A stretch of DNA of 64,000 nt from Candidatus Latescibacterota bacterium (GTDB taxonomy: Bacteria > Latescibacterota > UBA2968 > UBA8231), in contig CBDFJF010000001.1 of NCBI GenBank assembly GCA_965248265.1, forward strand, positions 32,001 through 96,000, given 5' to 3'. Below, one piece after another: positions 50,458 through 60,353 of this stretch (position 1 is the stretch's first letter; each line of letters begins with the position of its first letter). The notes under the pieces were generated by a model. The model saw only the letters and a list, made by a program, of their open reading frames with translations. It ran no database searches and was not told the origin of the DNA. The translations under genes were made by a program, and so were the position numbers.

Positions 50458-51770
50458 CAGACCCGAACATCGTAATCCCCGACAACGGCTATCCGCAGGT
50501 ACTGCCCACCGCTTCCGGCGAACCCATCACAATCGTCATCGATGCCACCGCAGAGGCGTCGTTTCAGCGTCTGTGGGGGTTGACTTTGATAGAGCGGAGC
50601 GTGCGTCTCGTGGAACGGTTGGGAGCGCGATCCATACACATCTTCGCGCGCGCAGCGGATGAGGACCGGGCTCGACGCCGCAAGCTTTCCGGACCATCGG
50701 AGCCAATTATACATACTGCAGAAACTGTCTTCGGTGAGGAACTGGAGCGGTTGATCGGCGAGGCGCCTGGAGCGGTCCTCCTCCTCGAGGGCCATACAGT
50801 GTATGATCGCCGTTTCGTTGGGCTGATGTGGCAGCAGCCCGCGCCCAGTGTGGGAGTCAGAAACGACAACCAGCCGCTCGAAGCGCTGGCCCTGCTCATA
50901 GATGCCGGCTCGGCGTCCATCGTCGGCAATCTCGCGGATGGAAACGATGGAGATGAACGCGTTAGCACAATCCTGGCCAGCGGTTCGGTACGCAAGGTCG
51001 AGATGGATTCACTCGACCACCGCATCGCCCACCTGCGCAAATCCGTCGCTCCCGAGGTCATCCGCGTCGACGACAAGACCTCGCGCAAGCGCGCCGATGA
51101 CTATCTGAAATCGCTCTCCGGCAAAGGCATCAATGATCTGGTTGGTGAGTTCATCCACCCGCCGATCGAGTTTTTTCTCACACGGCTCGCCGCCCGCTCC
51201 CCGGTCACACCCGATCAGATATCCTACTTGATCATCATCCTCAGCATCGCCGCCATTCCCCTGTTCGCAGTCGGACGCCTGTGGGAGGGTATCGCCATCA
51301 ACCTGATTCGGGGAGTCGTCGACGGCGTCGACGGCAAGCTGGCCCGCCTTACCCTGCGCGAATCAGAAGGCGGCAACGTCCTCGACCACGGCACGGACAC
51401 CGCCTACCTGCCACTGCTGTTCGCTGCCTTCGGGTATTACCTGGCTGATGGCGACTGGCTTTCGTCTGCCGCCATTTCCAGCTACCTCCTCCACTTCTTC
51501 TACTGGCACAACCGCGTGTTTACTTCCTGGTACCGCAACTTCTTCGATGAAGCGGATGGGGAGTTTCGTGCCAGCGATCGCATTGTCCGGCGGTTCCATC
51601 CCAAGCGCAACATCTTCATCCTCATGCTCATCATCGCGATGGCAGCCGGGCGACCGGAACTCGCTCTCTATGGCATAACGGGGTTGACCATGTTCATGCA
51701 CTTCTTCCGCATCGCCCGCGTCGATCAGGAGGGACGCCGGCTCAAACGCGAGCGGGATTCAGCCAGGTAA
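50454..51770 (+). CDS. CDP-alcohol phosphatidyltransferase with degenerate nucleotidyltransferase-like N-terminus
   Basis: DGVDGKLAR...GNVLDHGTD signature; VTPDQIS; GTG start overlaps the upstream TGA. Confidence 0.85.
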   Translation: MTDPNIVIPDNGYPQVLPTASGEPITIVIDATAEASFQRLWGLTLIERSVRLVERLGARSIHIFARAADEDRARRRKLSGPSEPIIHTAETVFGEELERLIGEAPGAVLLLEGHTVYDRRFVGLMWQQPAPSVGVRNDNQPLEALALLIDAGSASIVGNLADGNDGDERVSTILASGSVRKVEMDSLDHRIAHLRKSVAPEVIRVDDKTSRKRADDYLKSLSGKGINDLVGEFIHPPIEFFLTRLAARSPVTPDQISYLIIILSIAAIPLFAVGRLWEGIAINLIRGVVDGVDGKLARLTLRESEGGNVLDHGTDTAYLPLLFAAFGYYLADGDWLSSAAISSYLLHFFYWHNRVFTSWYRNFFDEADGEFRASDRIVRRFHPKRNIFILMLIIAMAAGRPELALYGITGLTMFMHFFRIARVDQEGRRLKRERDSAR

Positions 51771-52291
51771 GTCTTCACCTCCGCCTTCACTTCCTCCAGA
51801 TCTCTCAGCCCTTCCCACCGGTCCAGGATGGTGCCCCGTTCATCCACGACAATTACCGTGGGAAGGCTGATCACACCGTAGGCCTTAGCCACCTTGTCTT
51901 CTTCGTCGAAGAGGGACGTTGTGGCGAGCGGATTGCGCTTCAGATAGGTCAGAAGGGTCTGCTTTTTCCCGAATGTATTGATCGCCAGCACCTGGAAACT
52001 CTCATCCTTGAAGGTATCCTGCAGCTCGTCCAGCTGCGGCAGCTCTTTCAGGCAGGGTGGACACCAGACCGCCCAGAATGCCAGGAGCAGGACGTCCCCT
52101 TCGTAATCACTGACCTTCCTTGCCTGTCCTTCCAGGGTCTGTCCCAGGTTCTGCGGCGCGGGCTTGGCCTTGTCAGCATCATGGAACCTGCTGTGAACCC
52201 ACTTGCCTGGCCATTCCCACCAGCTTACCTGAGCCACCACTGGTGTATGGAGGGCGATCAATGTGATCAGGATAGTCAAGAGTACAGTCAT
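51725..52291 (-). CDS. TlpA/ResA-like thiol-disulfide oxidoreductase
   Basis: FWAVWCPPCLKELP, YGVISLPT; signal peptide. Confidence 0.9.
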   Translation of the reverse strand: MTVLLTILITLIALHTPVVAQVSWWEWPGKWVHSRFHDADKAKPAPQNLGQTLEGQARKVSDYEGDVLLLAFWAVWCPPCLKELPQLDELQDTFKDESFQVLAINTFGKKQTLLTYLKRNPLATTSLFDEEDKVAKAYGVISLPTVIVVDERGTILDRWEGLRDLEEVKAEVKTYLAESRSRLSRRPS

Positions 52292-52377
52292 TCATTTCCG
52301 CCATGTGCAGGATGCGCTTCTCACCCTCAGACGCGCCATCCTGCAGAAAGTCCCCGGGAGCCAAAGCTTCCCACAGT

Positions 52378-52635
52378 TCACCCTGACTCGGCAGCCTCCT
52401 TGCGCTTGCTCGCCAACGGATGCATTACGCCGGCACCGGCCGGCCAAACCCCCGGCTGTGCTTTCTGACATCGACTGATATGCTGCGCGTGCGGAGACAG
52501 GCGCTCCCACACCTCATGCGGCATGGTCATCTTGAATTCTCTCTCCTCAGCAGCCCACGCCGGAGCGTACTCGACATTGGGCATGGCCCGGACCTGGCGA
52601 CTCAGATTGGGCGTGGCTCCGTGCCAGGCTCGATT
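52378..52635 (-). pseudogene. C-terminal remnant of a PhyH-type dioxygenase
   Basis: NRAWHGATPNLSRQVRAMPNVEY fits the distal His motif (WHG..PN.S...R) of PhyH enzymes; upstream frame has stops and no HxD motif. Confidence 0.6.
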
Positions 52636-53014
52636 GTGCTGGCGCAGGTGCTCCCGTAGAGCACTTCGGGATCGTCAAACACACGACGTATCGGAGAACG
52701 CGGATCCGCGATGCCCGGCCTGCGCTCCTCAGCGCTCAGTCGGCGCCCGTCCTCATCGACGATCTCGTTCGCTTCAGTTCGAGCGCACCATCCTACCGGA
52801 GTGTCTTCGTTATACGGTCAGACCATCCAGTTCAGTCAATCTGACGGCCGTCTGATTCATGTTTCCTAATTTACCCTGGCTGCTCGGGCGCGTGAAGGTC
52901 GGCCCAGGGCAACACCTCGAAAACGAAGGGAGTCCCTCTTTATCTTCAGGGGCATGTTAATGTAATATGCAAGAATAGTCTGTCGCTTCATTACCCGAAA
53001 ACAATTGAGTTCCC

Positions 53015-53749
53015 ATGAAGAGAGATTGGTGTAATCGTGAATTCCGCAAGTTCGTCGCCCTCGGGGAAAGCACCACGGCCGGCGGCTGGAGTTCAAGCCG
53101 GGAACGCTGCTGGGTATCGCGGCTACAAGAGTTGATCGACGACATCCAGGAGCAACCGGTCGAGGTCCTAAACGCTGGCATCGGCGCCAACCTGATCTCC
53201 ACCCAGGCCCCCTGCTATTCGATAAGCGGTCAACCTGCCGCCGACGCCCGCCTGGAGAAACACGTAATCGCAGAGAGACCCGATCTCCTGGTCATCTCCT
53301 ACGGATTGAACGACGCCCGGGGAGGCACGCCCCTCGATGTTTTTTGCCAGGTGATGGTCTCCCTCATTCGCCGCGTCCGCGAAAAGATTGACCCGGTCAT
53401 CCTCCTGCCCGGTCCCTACTTCATGACCGATTTCAGCGTCGGCGGCGCCGACTGGAGCCATGCTGATCTGGACCTGTTCTCCACGTTCAATCAAGCCGTC
53501 GCCGGAGTAGCAGCCGAAGAGGATTGCTTGTATGTCAACTTGCTGGAGGCCTACGGCGGTGCCGAATGGATGGTCCACTACGACGGCGTCCACGCCAATG
53601 ATGTGGGCCACCGCGTCGTTGCCAACCGGATGTTCGAGGTCCTGGCACAGAACTGTTCAGGCCTGGCCAGGTGGACGAAACAGCAGGAGAGAAGCATCCC
53701 GCGCTGGCGGGACGAGTCCAGCCTCAAGATTGGCTTCGCCGATCGTTGA
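53015..53749 (+). CDS. SGNH/GDSL hydrolase
   Basis: ALGESTTAG, NAGIG, YGLND, DGVHAN. Confidence 0.88.
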   Translation: MKRDWCNREFRKFVALGESTTAGGWSSSRERCWVSRLQELIDDIQEQPVEVLNAGIGANLISTQAPCYSISGQPAADARLEKHVIAERPDLLVISYGLNDARGGTPLDVFCQVMVSLIRRVREKIDPVILLPGPYFMTDFSVGGADWSHADLDLFSTFNQAVAGVAAEEDCLYVNLLEAYGGAEWMVHYDGVHANDVGHRVVANRMFEVLAQNCSGLARWTKQQERSIPRWRDESSLKIGFADR

Positions 53750-53855
53750 GACGGACCCGGTCTCAGCTCCGCTCCCTGACACCCTCGCTCGCTGCCACGC
53801 CCTTTTCTCACCAGATTGTCCGAGCAGACAGCTTCCCGACTACAACGGGGTCGTG

Positions 53856-54674
53856 ATGGCGACAACCACACACCTGACCACAGAGCAGATTCAGCACTAT
53901 CGCGAACGGGGTTATATCGGTGGACCCCGGGTTCTCGACGACAACCAGATCGCCCGCCTGAAATCGCGTATTGACGGGCATCTAGATGGCAGTGTCACTC
54001 ACCCCGCCCACCTGCGGGGCGAAACGGTGGAGCAGTCCCGGAAGAAAGGGCAACTCCCTTCGCAAAAGGTGGTAAACCTGTTCCGCCACGATCAGGTCTT
54101 CGCCGATATCCTGGCAAACGAGGCGATCGGCTCGCTCGCTCATGACCTGGGGGACGGACCGGTGCGCGTCTGGGAAGACCAGATGATCTACAAACCGCCG
54201 CGGGAGGAAGACGCGGTGCTCGCCTGGCACCGCGACTACACCTTCTGGGATCACGTCGGTCCGGCCGAGCTGTTCACCTGTTGGATCGCCCTCGACGACG
54301 CCACCGTTGCCAACGGCTGTATGCAGGTGATACCGGGTAGCCATTTATGGGAGATGCCGTTCACTCGCGAGGAGGTCGCCGTCGACGATCCGCACTGGGT
54401 ACTCAAGCAGGGCGGAGTTCCCGACGGCGCCGATGTCACTCCAATGCCGTGTGAAGTGAAGGCCGGACATTGCCATTTCCACCACTGCAAGACGCTGCAC
54501 GGATCGTACGGCAACCGCACGGACAACCCCCGTTACAGTTACATCCTGCACCTCATGCCCGGCACCACGCGCCGCATCGGCGACAGCTGGAACGAGCGCA
54601 TGGCCCGCGTCGAGAACGTCGCCGTAGGCGAAATCGTTCACGGGCCCCAGTACCCCGAGTTGGTGCGGGTTTAG
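53856..54674 (+). CDS. Phytanoyl-CoA dioxygenase (PhyH) family protein
   Basis: WHRD, WIALDDATVANGCMQVIPGSH, LHGSYGNRTDNPR. Start ATG 53856. Confidence 0.92.
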   Translation: MATTTHLTTEQIQHYRERGYIGGPRVLDDNQIARLKSRIDGHLDGSVTHPAHLRGETVEQSRKKGQLPSQKVVNLFRHDQVFADILANEAIGSLAHDLGDGPVRVWEDQMIYKPPREEDAVLAWHRDYTFWDHVGPAELFTCWIALDDATVANGCMQVIPGSHLWEMPFTREEVAVDDPHWVLKQGGVPDGADVTPMPCEVKAGHCHFHHCKTLHGSYGNRTDNPRYSYILHLMPGTTRRIGDSWNERMARVENVAVGEIVHGPQYPELVRV

Positions 54675-54795
54675 GGGGGACTCGACACCAACCCCCAAAG
54701 CGATATAGACTAATGCCAATGACCGCCCGTCCGTCCGTGGCGTGAGGTATCGATGGCTGCGGTCGGCCTTCGAGCAACCAAGGAAGCAGCGCAAA

Positions 54796-56406
54796 ATGAA
54801 ACTGGCTGAGTTGATCATAGCTGAAGCCCACGATCGCGGACTGCGCCACTTCTTCGGGCTTCCAGGTGGCGGATCACCGCTGGACATGATGGAAGCTGGC
54901 CGCCGTTACGGCGTCGACTTCGTCAGCACCGCCCACGAATCGACCGCGGGCATAGCTGCTGCCTGCTACGGACTGATGAAGGAGACGGCTGGCCTGGCCC
55001 TGGCGGTGAAAGGAGTCGGTGCGGCCAACCTGGCCGGTGGTGCCGCCAACGCCTATTTCGAACGCCTGCCCGTGGTCTGCCTGTGCGAAACCTCGCCAAA
55101 CTCCGTGACGCAGAGGGAGATGGTCCAGCACTGCGATCACGCCGGGTTGTTTGAGGCCGTGACCAAATACCAGGCCACCCTCTCTCCGGCGGAGGGTCCC
55201 GATCTAGTGCGGGAGGCGATCTTCGCCGCCACCGAAGGTCGGCCCGGTCCAGTGCTGCTCAACCTGCCTTCCGATCAGGGGACGGCCGACACCGACAGTT
55301 TTCGACCGGTGGATCCCCCGCCCACACCCTCCGAACCCGATGAACCCTCCCTGGTCGCGGCGCGGGCCTTTGTGGAGGAAACTCGACGCCTGGTGGTTGT
55401 CGCCGGCACCGATGTCCACCGCCACGGTGCGGCCGCACAGCTGCTGGAGTTTGTCGAGAATTCCGGAGCTGCCGTGCTCGTGAACATGGACGCACGTGGT
55501 GTATTTCCGGAATCCGATCCACGATGGGCTGGCGTGCTGATGGGCAACTACATTCCCGGCATCGCCGAGACCGAGATCATGGATCGGGCGGACGGCGTGC
55601 TGCTGGTCGGTGCCGACGCCATGATGACCCATGTTCCCTGGAAGAGTGACCTGCCCACCTGCGAACTGGTGGCCAACAACGAGTACGAAACCCTCTCACC
55701 CTCCCCACGGGTAAGAGTGAACGGCAACCTCAAGAGTGCGCTGAAGGCTCTGTCGGGGATCCGCCGCGAGGGACTGCCGGTCGCCGACATCGAGGCCTCG
55801 AATGACGTTGTGCTGCGGAATTTTAAGCGACCCGACGATGCCCGTTTCGCCCCCCACGACATCCTCGAAATCACCCGTACGCTGATGCCGAGTGACGGAG
55901 TACTGGTTGCGGAGACCGGCATCTTCGTCGCTATGCTCGAACGCCTGTGGCCGGTGGACCGCCGTGGCGCCTACCTGGGCACGGCCGGCGGCCGGACCAT
56001 GGGCCTGACGATGCCTGCCATTCTGGGTGCCAAGCTCGCCCGGCCGGAAGTGCCCATGATCGGACTGGGTGCCGACGGCAGCCTGCTGATGCGGCTGGGC
56101 GAATTGGAAGTCTTGGCCCGCGCCGGCATCGCCGTCCCCCTTATCATTATCAACGATCGAGCCCTGGGTACCATGAAGTCGCGGCAGAAGTCCAGGGGAA
56201 TGGCTGAGTACGAACTGGACCTGCACCCGGTGGATCTGGCCGCCGTCGCCCGGTCGTGTGGCCTGGATGGTATCGCGGTGGAATCGCCGGACAGCTTCGA
56301 ACAAGCACTCAGAAACGCGCTGCATGCCGAGCGCACGACCCTCATCGACGCCCGGGTCGACGCGCAGGCATATCAGGACTGTTTCGGTCCCATGGTCGGT
56401 CTGTAA
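54796..56406 (+). CDS. Thiamine pyrophosphate-binding protein (acetolactate synthase-like family)
   Basis: FGLPGG, HESTAG, GRPGPVLLNLP, TMG..MPAILGA, GADGS...IND. Confidence 0.9.
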   Translation: MKLAELIIAEAHDRGLRHFFGLPGGGSPLDMMEAGRRYGVDFVSTAHESTAGIAAACYGLMKETAGLALAVKGVGAANLAGGAANAYFERLPVVCLCETSPNSVTQREMVQHCDHAGLFEAVTKYQATLSPAEGPDLVREAIFAATEGRPGPVLLNLPSDQGTADTDSFRPVDPPPTPSEPDEPSLVAARAFVEETRRLVVVAGTDVHRHGAAAQLLEFVENSGAAVLVNMDARGVFPESDPRWAGVLMGNYIPGIAETEIMDRADGVLLVGADAMMTHVPWKSDLPTCELVANNEYETLSPSPRVRVNGNLKSALKALSGIRREGLPVADIEASNDVVLRNFKRPDDARFAPHDILEITRTLMPSDGVLVAETGIFVAMLERLWPVDRRGAYLGTAGGRTMGLTMPAILGAKLARPEVPMIGLGADGSLLMRLGELEVLARAGIAVPLIIINDRALGTMKSRQKSRGMAEYELDLHPVDLAAVARSCGLDGIAVESPDSFEQALRNALHAERTTLIDARVDAQAYQDCFGPMVGL

Positions 56407-56408
56407 CG

Positions 56409-57767
56409 ATGCCCTCGAACTGGCAGGAAGCGTACACCACCAAGCGCCCAAAGAATCAGATTCTGTTCGACGATGCTCTAAAAGTCGTCGCCGGCGGCGT
56501 CGGCCACGACTTCCGCTTCACACTGCCGTTCCCCCTCTATATCGAACGCGCCGCCGGATCCCGCATGTGGGACGCAGACGGCAACGAGTACATCGACTAC
56601 TGTATGGGGAACGCCGCCCACATGCTCGGCCACAACCCGCCCGAGGTGTTGGCAGCCATTCACGAGGCCGTTGACCTGGGCATGCACTTTGGCGAAGACC
56701 ACCCTTTGCAGTTGGAATGGGCGCGGTTGGTGCAGCAGCTGATTCCGGTCGCCGATCGCGTCCGCTTCGTCAATTCCGGTACCGAGGCCACAATGTTGGC
56801 GTTGCGCCTTGCCCGGGCCTTCACCGGTCGGCGCAAACTCCTCCGCTTCGAAGGGCACTACCACGGCTGGCACGACTACGTCGCCATCGGCGTCGGCCCA
56901 CCGTTCGACGAGCCGATGTCCGCCGGCGTCCCCGACTTCGTCCTCAACTCGGTCGTGGTCGCTCCCACGGACCTGCAGTTCGTGGAAGATACCCTGAAGC
57001 GTGACCGGGATATCGCCGCCATCATCCTCGAACCCTCGGGCGCTTCCTGGGGAACCATCCCCCTGCCCGACAACTTCATACACGGCCTTCGCGGCTTGAC
57101 TGAACAGTACGAAGTGCCGCTCATCTTCGACGAGGTCATCACCGGCTTTCGCTACAGCCCGGGTGGTTACCAGGCTCTTTCCGGTATCACCCCCGACCTC
57201 TGCTCGCTGGGGAAAATCGTCACCGGTGGCATGCCCGGCGCCGCTATCGCCGGCCGCGCTGACCTCATGGACCAGTTCGACGGCCAACGGGCCCGTAGCG
57301 AGAGAGTCATGCACCTGGGCACCTTCAACGGCGCACCTCCCACGGCGGCAGCCGGTATCGCCACCCTCAAGCAGGTGGCAGACGGCCGGCCGAATGCACA
57401 TGCTGACCGCATCGCCGAGCTGCTGCGTCAGGGGTTCAACGAAATCCTGGAGGAGGAGAGAGCCGCCGGGTACGCCTACGGTGAGTCATCGCACTTCCAC
57501 GTCTACCTGGAAGCCCATCCCGGTTCCGGCAGCATCCGGCGCAGTAACCTGTTGACGGCGGATCCAAACGTATTGAAGGGAATCCCATCCGACCTGATCG
57601 GGGCGCTGCAGAAGAACATGCAGATCAACGGGGTGAAGTGGCTGTCCTACAACGGCGGTGTTACCAGTTCTGCCCACACCGACGAGGACGTGGAGGAGAC
57701 ACTGGTGGCGTTTCGTGCTACCGTGAAGGTGCTGGTGCAGGATGAGCTGGTGAGTCGGCTGGCCTAG
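56409..57767 (+). CDS. Class III PLP aminotransferase (glutamate-1-semialdehyde aminomutase-like)
   Basis: WDADGNEYID, NSGTEA, FEGHYHG, LIFDEVITGFR, GKIVTGGMP, GTFNG. Confidence 0.9.
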   Translation: MPSNWQEAYTTKRPKNQILFDDALKVVAGGVGHDFRFTLPFPLYIERAAGSRMWDADGNEYIDYCMGNAAHMLGHNPPEVLAAIHEAVDLGMHFGEDHPLQLEWARLVQQLIPVADRVRFVNSGTEATMLALRLARAFTGRRKLLRFEGHYHGWHDYVAIGVGPPFDEPMSAGVPDFVLNSVVVAPTDLQFVEDTLKRDRDIAAIILEPSGASWGTIPLPDNFIHGLRGLTEQYEVPLIFDEVITGFRYSPGGYQALSGITPDLCSLGKIVTGGMPGAAIAGRADLMDQFDGQRARSERVMHLGTFNGAPPTAAAGIATLKQVADGRPNAHADRIAELLRQGFNEILEEERAAGYAYGESSHFHVYLEAHPGSGSIRRSNLLTADPNVLKGIPSDLIGALQKNMQINGVKWLSYNGGVTSSAHTDEDVEETLVAFRATVKVLVQDELVSRLA

Positions 57768-57792
57768 CGGCGTTGCCCGCCGTCAGAGAAAT

Positions 57793-58215
57793 TCAAGCGA
57801 CATCTCCGCAACGACCCGACAGGCGTGCATCCCCTTCGGTGATGAAACGAGCACAGTCGCTGAGCGTCGGGCAATCACACCCCGAAACCCCTTCCAGAAC
57901 CTGCTTCATGCGGCGCGCCCGTTCGATCCGCTGGTCGATCTCTTTCAGCTTGGTCCTGGCCAGTTTTCTCCAACGCTGACTCGCCGGGCTCCGCATCGAC
58001 AGACCCTTTAAGAGCTGCTTCATCTCCGCGATCGTGAACCCGGCTTCCTTGGCCAGCTCGATTACGGCCAGGCGTTGCAGTACTTCAGCATCGTAAATTC
58101 GCTGACCACCCAGCCTGGCAGCTCTTGGCAGCAACCCCTGAGTTTCGTAGTAGCGGATGGCGGATGCAGCAACTCCTGATTGCGCTGCGACCTGGCCGAT
58201 TCGAAGATCGCTCAA
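57793..58215 (-). CDS. MerR family regulator, SoxR-like
   Basis: LRIGQVAAQSGVAASAIRYYE; C-terminal CDCPTLSDC; TTG start after SD GGGAGAGG. Confidence 0.88.
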   Translation of the reverse strand: MSDLRIGQVAAQSGVAASAIRYYETQGLLPRAARLGGQRIYDAEVLQRLAVIELAKEAGFTIAEMKQLLKGLSMRSPASQRWRKLARTKLKEIDQRIERARRMKQVLEGVSGCDCPTLSDCARFITEGDARLSGRCGDVA

Positions 58216-58229
58216 ACTTTTCCTCTCCC

Positions 58230-58260
58230 TTGACTTGAAGTGCACTTTAAGTATTAACGT
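58230..58260 (+). promoter_or_regulatory. MerR-type promoter with 19-bp spacer and dyad operator
   Basis: TTGACT-19bp-TAACGT; near-perfect palindrome ACTTGAAGTGCACTTTAAGT at 58233-58252. Confidence 0.82.
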
Positions 58261-58283
58261 CTTCAAAGAAAGGAGATTACGCC

Positions 58284-58799
58284 ATGGTAGCAAACAAGAT
58301 AGCAATCCCGCGCTCAGGGCTCCTGTTCATCGTCCTCTCGATGGTTGGAGCCGAAGCTTTAGCTGCACAGGAAATTGAACCGGAGGACGAGCCAGGTATG
58401 TACTGTCGACTCGGCAGCGCCGAGATGCAGGAGCGTCTCGGAGAGATCAGAGGCAACTTCCTGGTACACGTTCGCGGAGTTGAAGAGCTGGAGAACGGAT
58501 ATCTCTACCGCTTCGAGAAAACGACGGACCGCATCCGAATGCTGACGGAGTTCATCGACTTTGAAAGCCGATGTTGTGCCTTCATGGGATTCGATCTTTC
58601 CGTGGAGCCGCGCGCTCAGGAGGTTTCCCTGAGTCTTACAGGGCCGGCCGGAACCAAAGAGTTGCTGGAGTCGATGATGACCTCGGTGGAGTTCGATTGG
58701 CGCGCGGAAGCCGGAGCCGATGGCGGTGGCCCTGTCATCAGCTCCGGAGGTCTGTCTGCTGAGATCGCCAACTGCCTTAGTCGCTTCGTCGGCGAATGA
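58284..58799 (+). CDS. Exported hypothetical protein with CxL...ExxCCxF motif
   Basis: SD AAGGAG; signal peptide; YCRL...FESRCCAFMGFDL...LTGPAGTKE. Confidence 0.75.
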   Translation: MVANKIAIPRSGLLFIVLSMVGAEALAAQEIEPEDEPGMYCRLGSAEMQERLGEIRGNFLVHVRGVEELENGYLYRFEKTTDRIRMLTEFIDFESRCCAFMGFDLSVEPRAQEVSLSLTGPAGTKELLESMMTSVEFDWRAEAGADGGGPVISSGGLSAEIANCLSRFVGE

Positions 58800-58839
58800 A
58801 TAATACGCAGTTGCGACGAGCGTTTGTGGTTGGACTCTG

Positions 58840-59138
58840 CAGGTCGTCGAGGCCACAGGACGCCCCTTACTCGAGCGGCCCGAATGGATCGTGGACATGG
58901 CGCTGGAGTGGAAATCCCGTCATCGCCACCAGATGACATCCCCTCGGCATCATTGGCCACTGGTCCTCGACGGCTGGGTGGGTACGCACGAGTCGATGCC
59001 TCCGGGAGTATCCCCCTGACCGATCGGGTACGGTTTCGAGTTGCAGTCGATAATCTCTTGGATACTGAATACGACCATGCCGTCGGGGTCCGCGCCCCGG
59101 GAATCCTGCCACGGGTCGGATTGCACGGGGAGCTATAG
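58840..59138 (+). pseudogene. C-terminal remnant of a TonB-dependent receptor
   Basis: TGRPLLERPEW...LEW in one frame, then GYARVDASGS...VAVDNLLDTEY...PGILPRVGL in another; no 5' part. Confidence 0.7.
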
Positions 59139-59279
59139 TAAGCGCCTTGACCAGGCTGCAGCCTGGCGTTAAAACAACATCAGTCGCCCACCTGTCCTAT
59201 AACTGTTGAGACCAGGTGTTCGAACAATTCTGCACGAGACAATGGAAAATTTCCGTCAACGCTGTACTGAGAGCCGCTC

Positions 59280-60353
59280 GTGAAGCGGGACGATCGACAA
59301 CTACGAGTCGGGATTCTCGGCTGCGGTCCGATTGCGCAAATGGCTCACTTCGACTCTTGTGCGAAGGCGCGCAATGTCGAACTCCACGCCATCTGCGATG
59401 TCGCCGAAGACCTCCGAGGCAAGATGGAAGCCCTGTGGGAGCCCAAGGTGGCGTATGGCGACTACGATCAGATGCTTGCTGACCCACAGGTCGAAGCCAT
59501 CATCGTGGCGGTCGCCGATCAGTACCATGTCCCGTTGAGTCTGAAGGCCATCGAAGCCGGCAAACATGTGCTGGTGGAGAAGCCGCTGGGCGTCAACCTC
59601 GAGGAATGTGAGGCACTAAGGTCAGGGGTTGCTGGTTCGAGCTTGACTCTGCAGGTCGGCAACAACCGTCGCTTCGATCCCGGAATCGCCTTCGCCAGAG
59701 AATTCGTCGACAACGAACTCGGTGAACGCATGGCCTTCAAGGCCTGGTACTACGACTCGACTTATCGCTATACCATGACGGACAATCTGCAGCCGATTCC
59801 GATATCCAGCAGCCAAAGTCAACGGCCCGAGGACAATCCCAAAGAGAACAAGCATCGCTACTACATTCTTGGCCATGCCAGCCACCTCGTCGACACGGCG
59901 CGGATCCTCGGGGGCGAGATAGTCAGCGTCGAAGCGCGATTACTGGAGCGGTTCGGGGCTTACTGCTGGTTCGTGGGGGTGGAATTCGCCGACGGCAGTC
60001 TCGGTCACCTCGACCTGTGCATTGCCGTACGGGGTGACTTCGAAGAGGGCTTTCGCATCTACGGCGAGCATGGCAGTGTCATCGGTCACGTCTACCTGCC
60101 ATGGTTCCACAAATCCAGCGTCGTCGAGTGTTTTTCCACCAAAGACCGGCAGTACCGCCGGCCGTTGGGCGAAGATGCCTACACCTACAAACTCCAACTC
60201 GAAGCCTTCGCGGATACCATCCTCGACGGGGCTCCGCAGATAGGAGCTGGAATCGACGACAGCCTCGCCGCAATGCAGGCCATGATTGCCATTGCTCGAT
60301 CCGCCGAGTCCGGGGAGCGAGTTCAGCTGGCAGACGTCACCGGAGCCGTGTAA
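59280..60353 (+). CDS. Gfo/Idh/MocA family oxidoreductase
   Basis: VGILGCGPIA, GKHVLVEKPL, NRRFDP. Confidence 0.92.
   Translation: MKRDDRQLRVGILGCGPIAQMAHFDSCAKARNVELHAICDVAEDLRGKMEALWEPKVAYGDYDQMLADPQVEAIIVAVADQYHVPLSLKAIEAGKHVLVEKPLGVNLEECEALRSGVAGSSLTLQVGNNRRFDPGIAFAREFVDNELGERMAFKAWYYDSTYRYTMTDNLQPIPISSSQSQRPEDNPKENKHRYYILGHASHLVDTARILGGEIVSVEARLLERFGAYCWFVGVEFADGSLGHLDLCIAVRGDFEEGFRIYGEHGSVIGHVYLPWFHKSSVVECFSTKDRQYRRPLGEDAYTYKLQLEAFADTILDGAPQIGAGIDDSLAAMQAMIAIARSAESGERVQLADVTGAV

Noticed and set aside
52292-52380. Selenocysteine read-through of the TGA at 52378 toward the TlpA gene
   Set aside because: The upstream frame is explained as a PhyH remnant ending naturally, and TlpA has its own start and a CPPC motif.
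56409-57767. Housekeeping hemL
   Set aside because: Family membership is clear, but the context is catabolic with no tetrapyrrole genes, so no symbol was assigned.
59151-59166. Palindrome CCAGGCTGCAGCCTGG as terminator or operator
   Set aside because: No U-tract follows it on either strand and I found no second copy; function unsupported.
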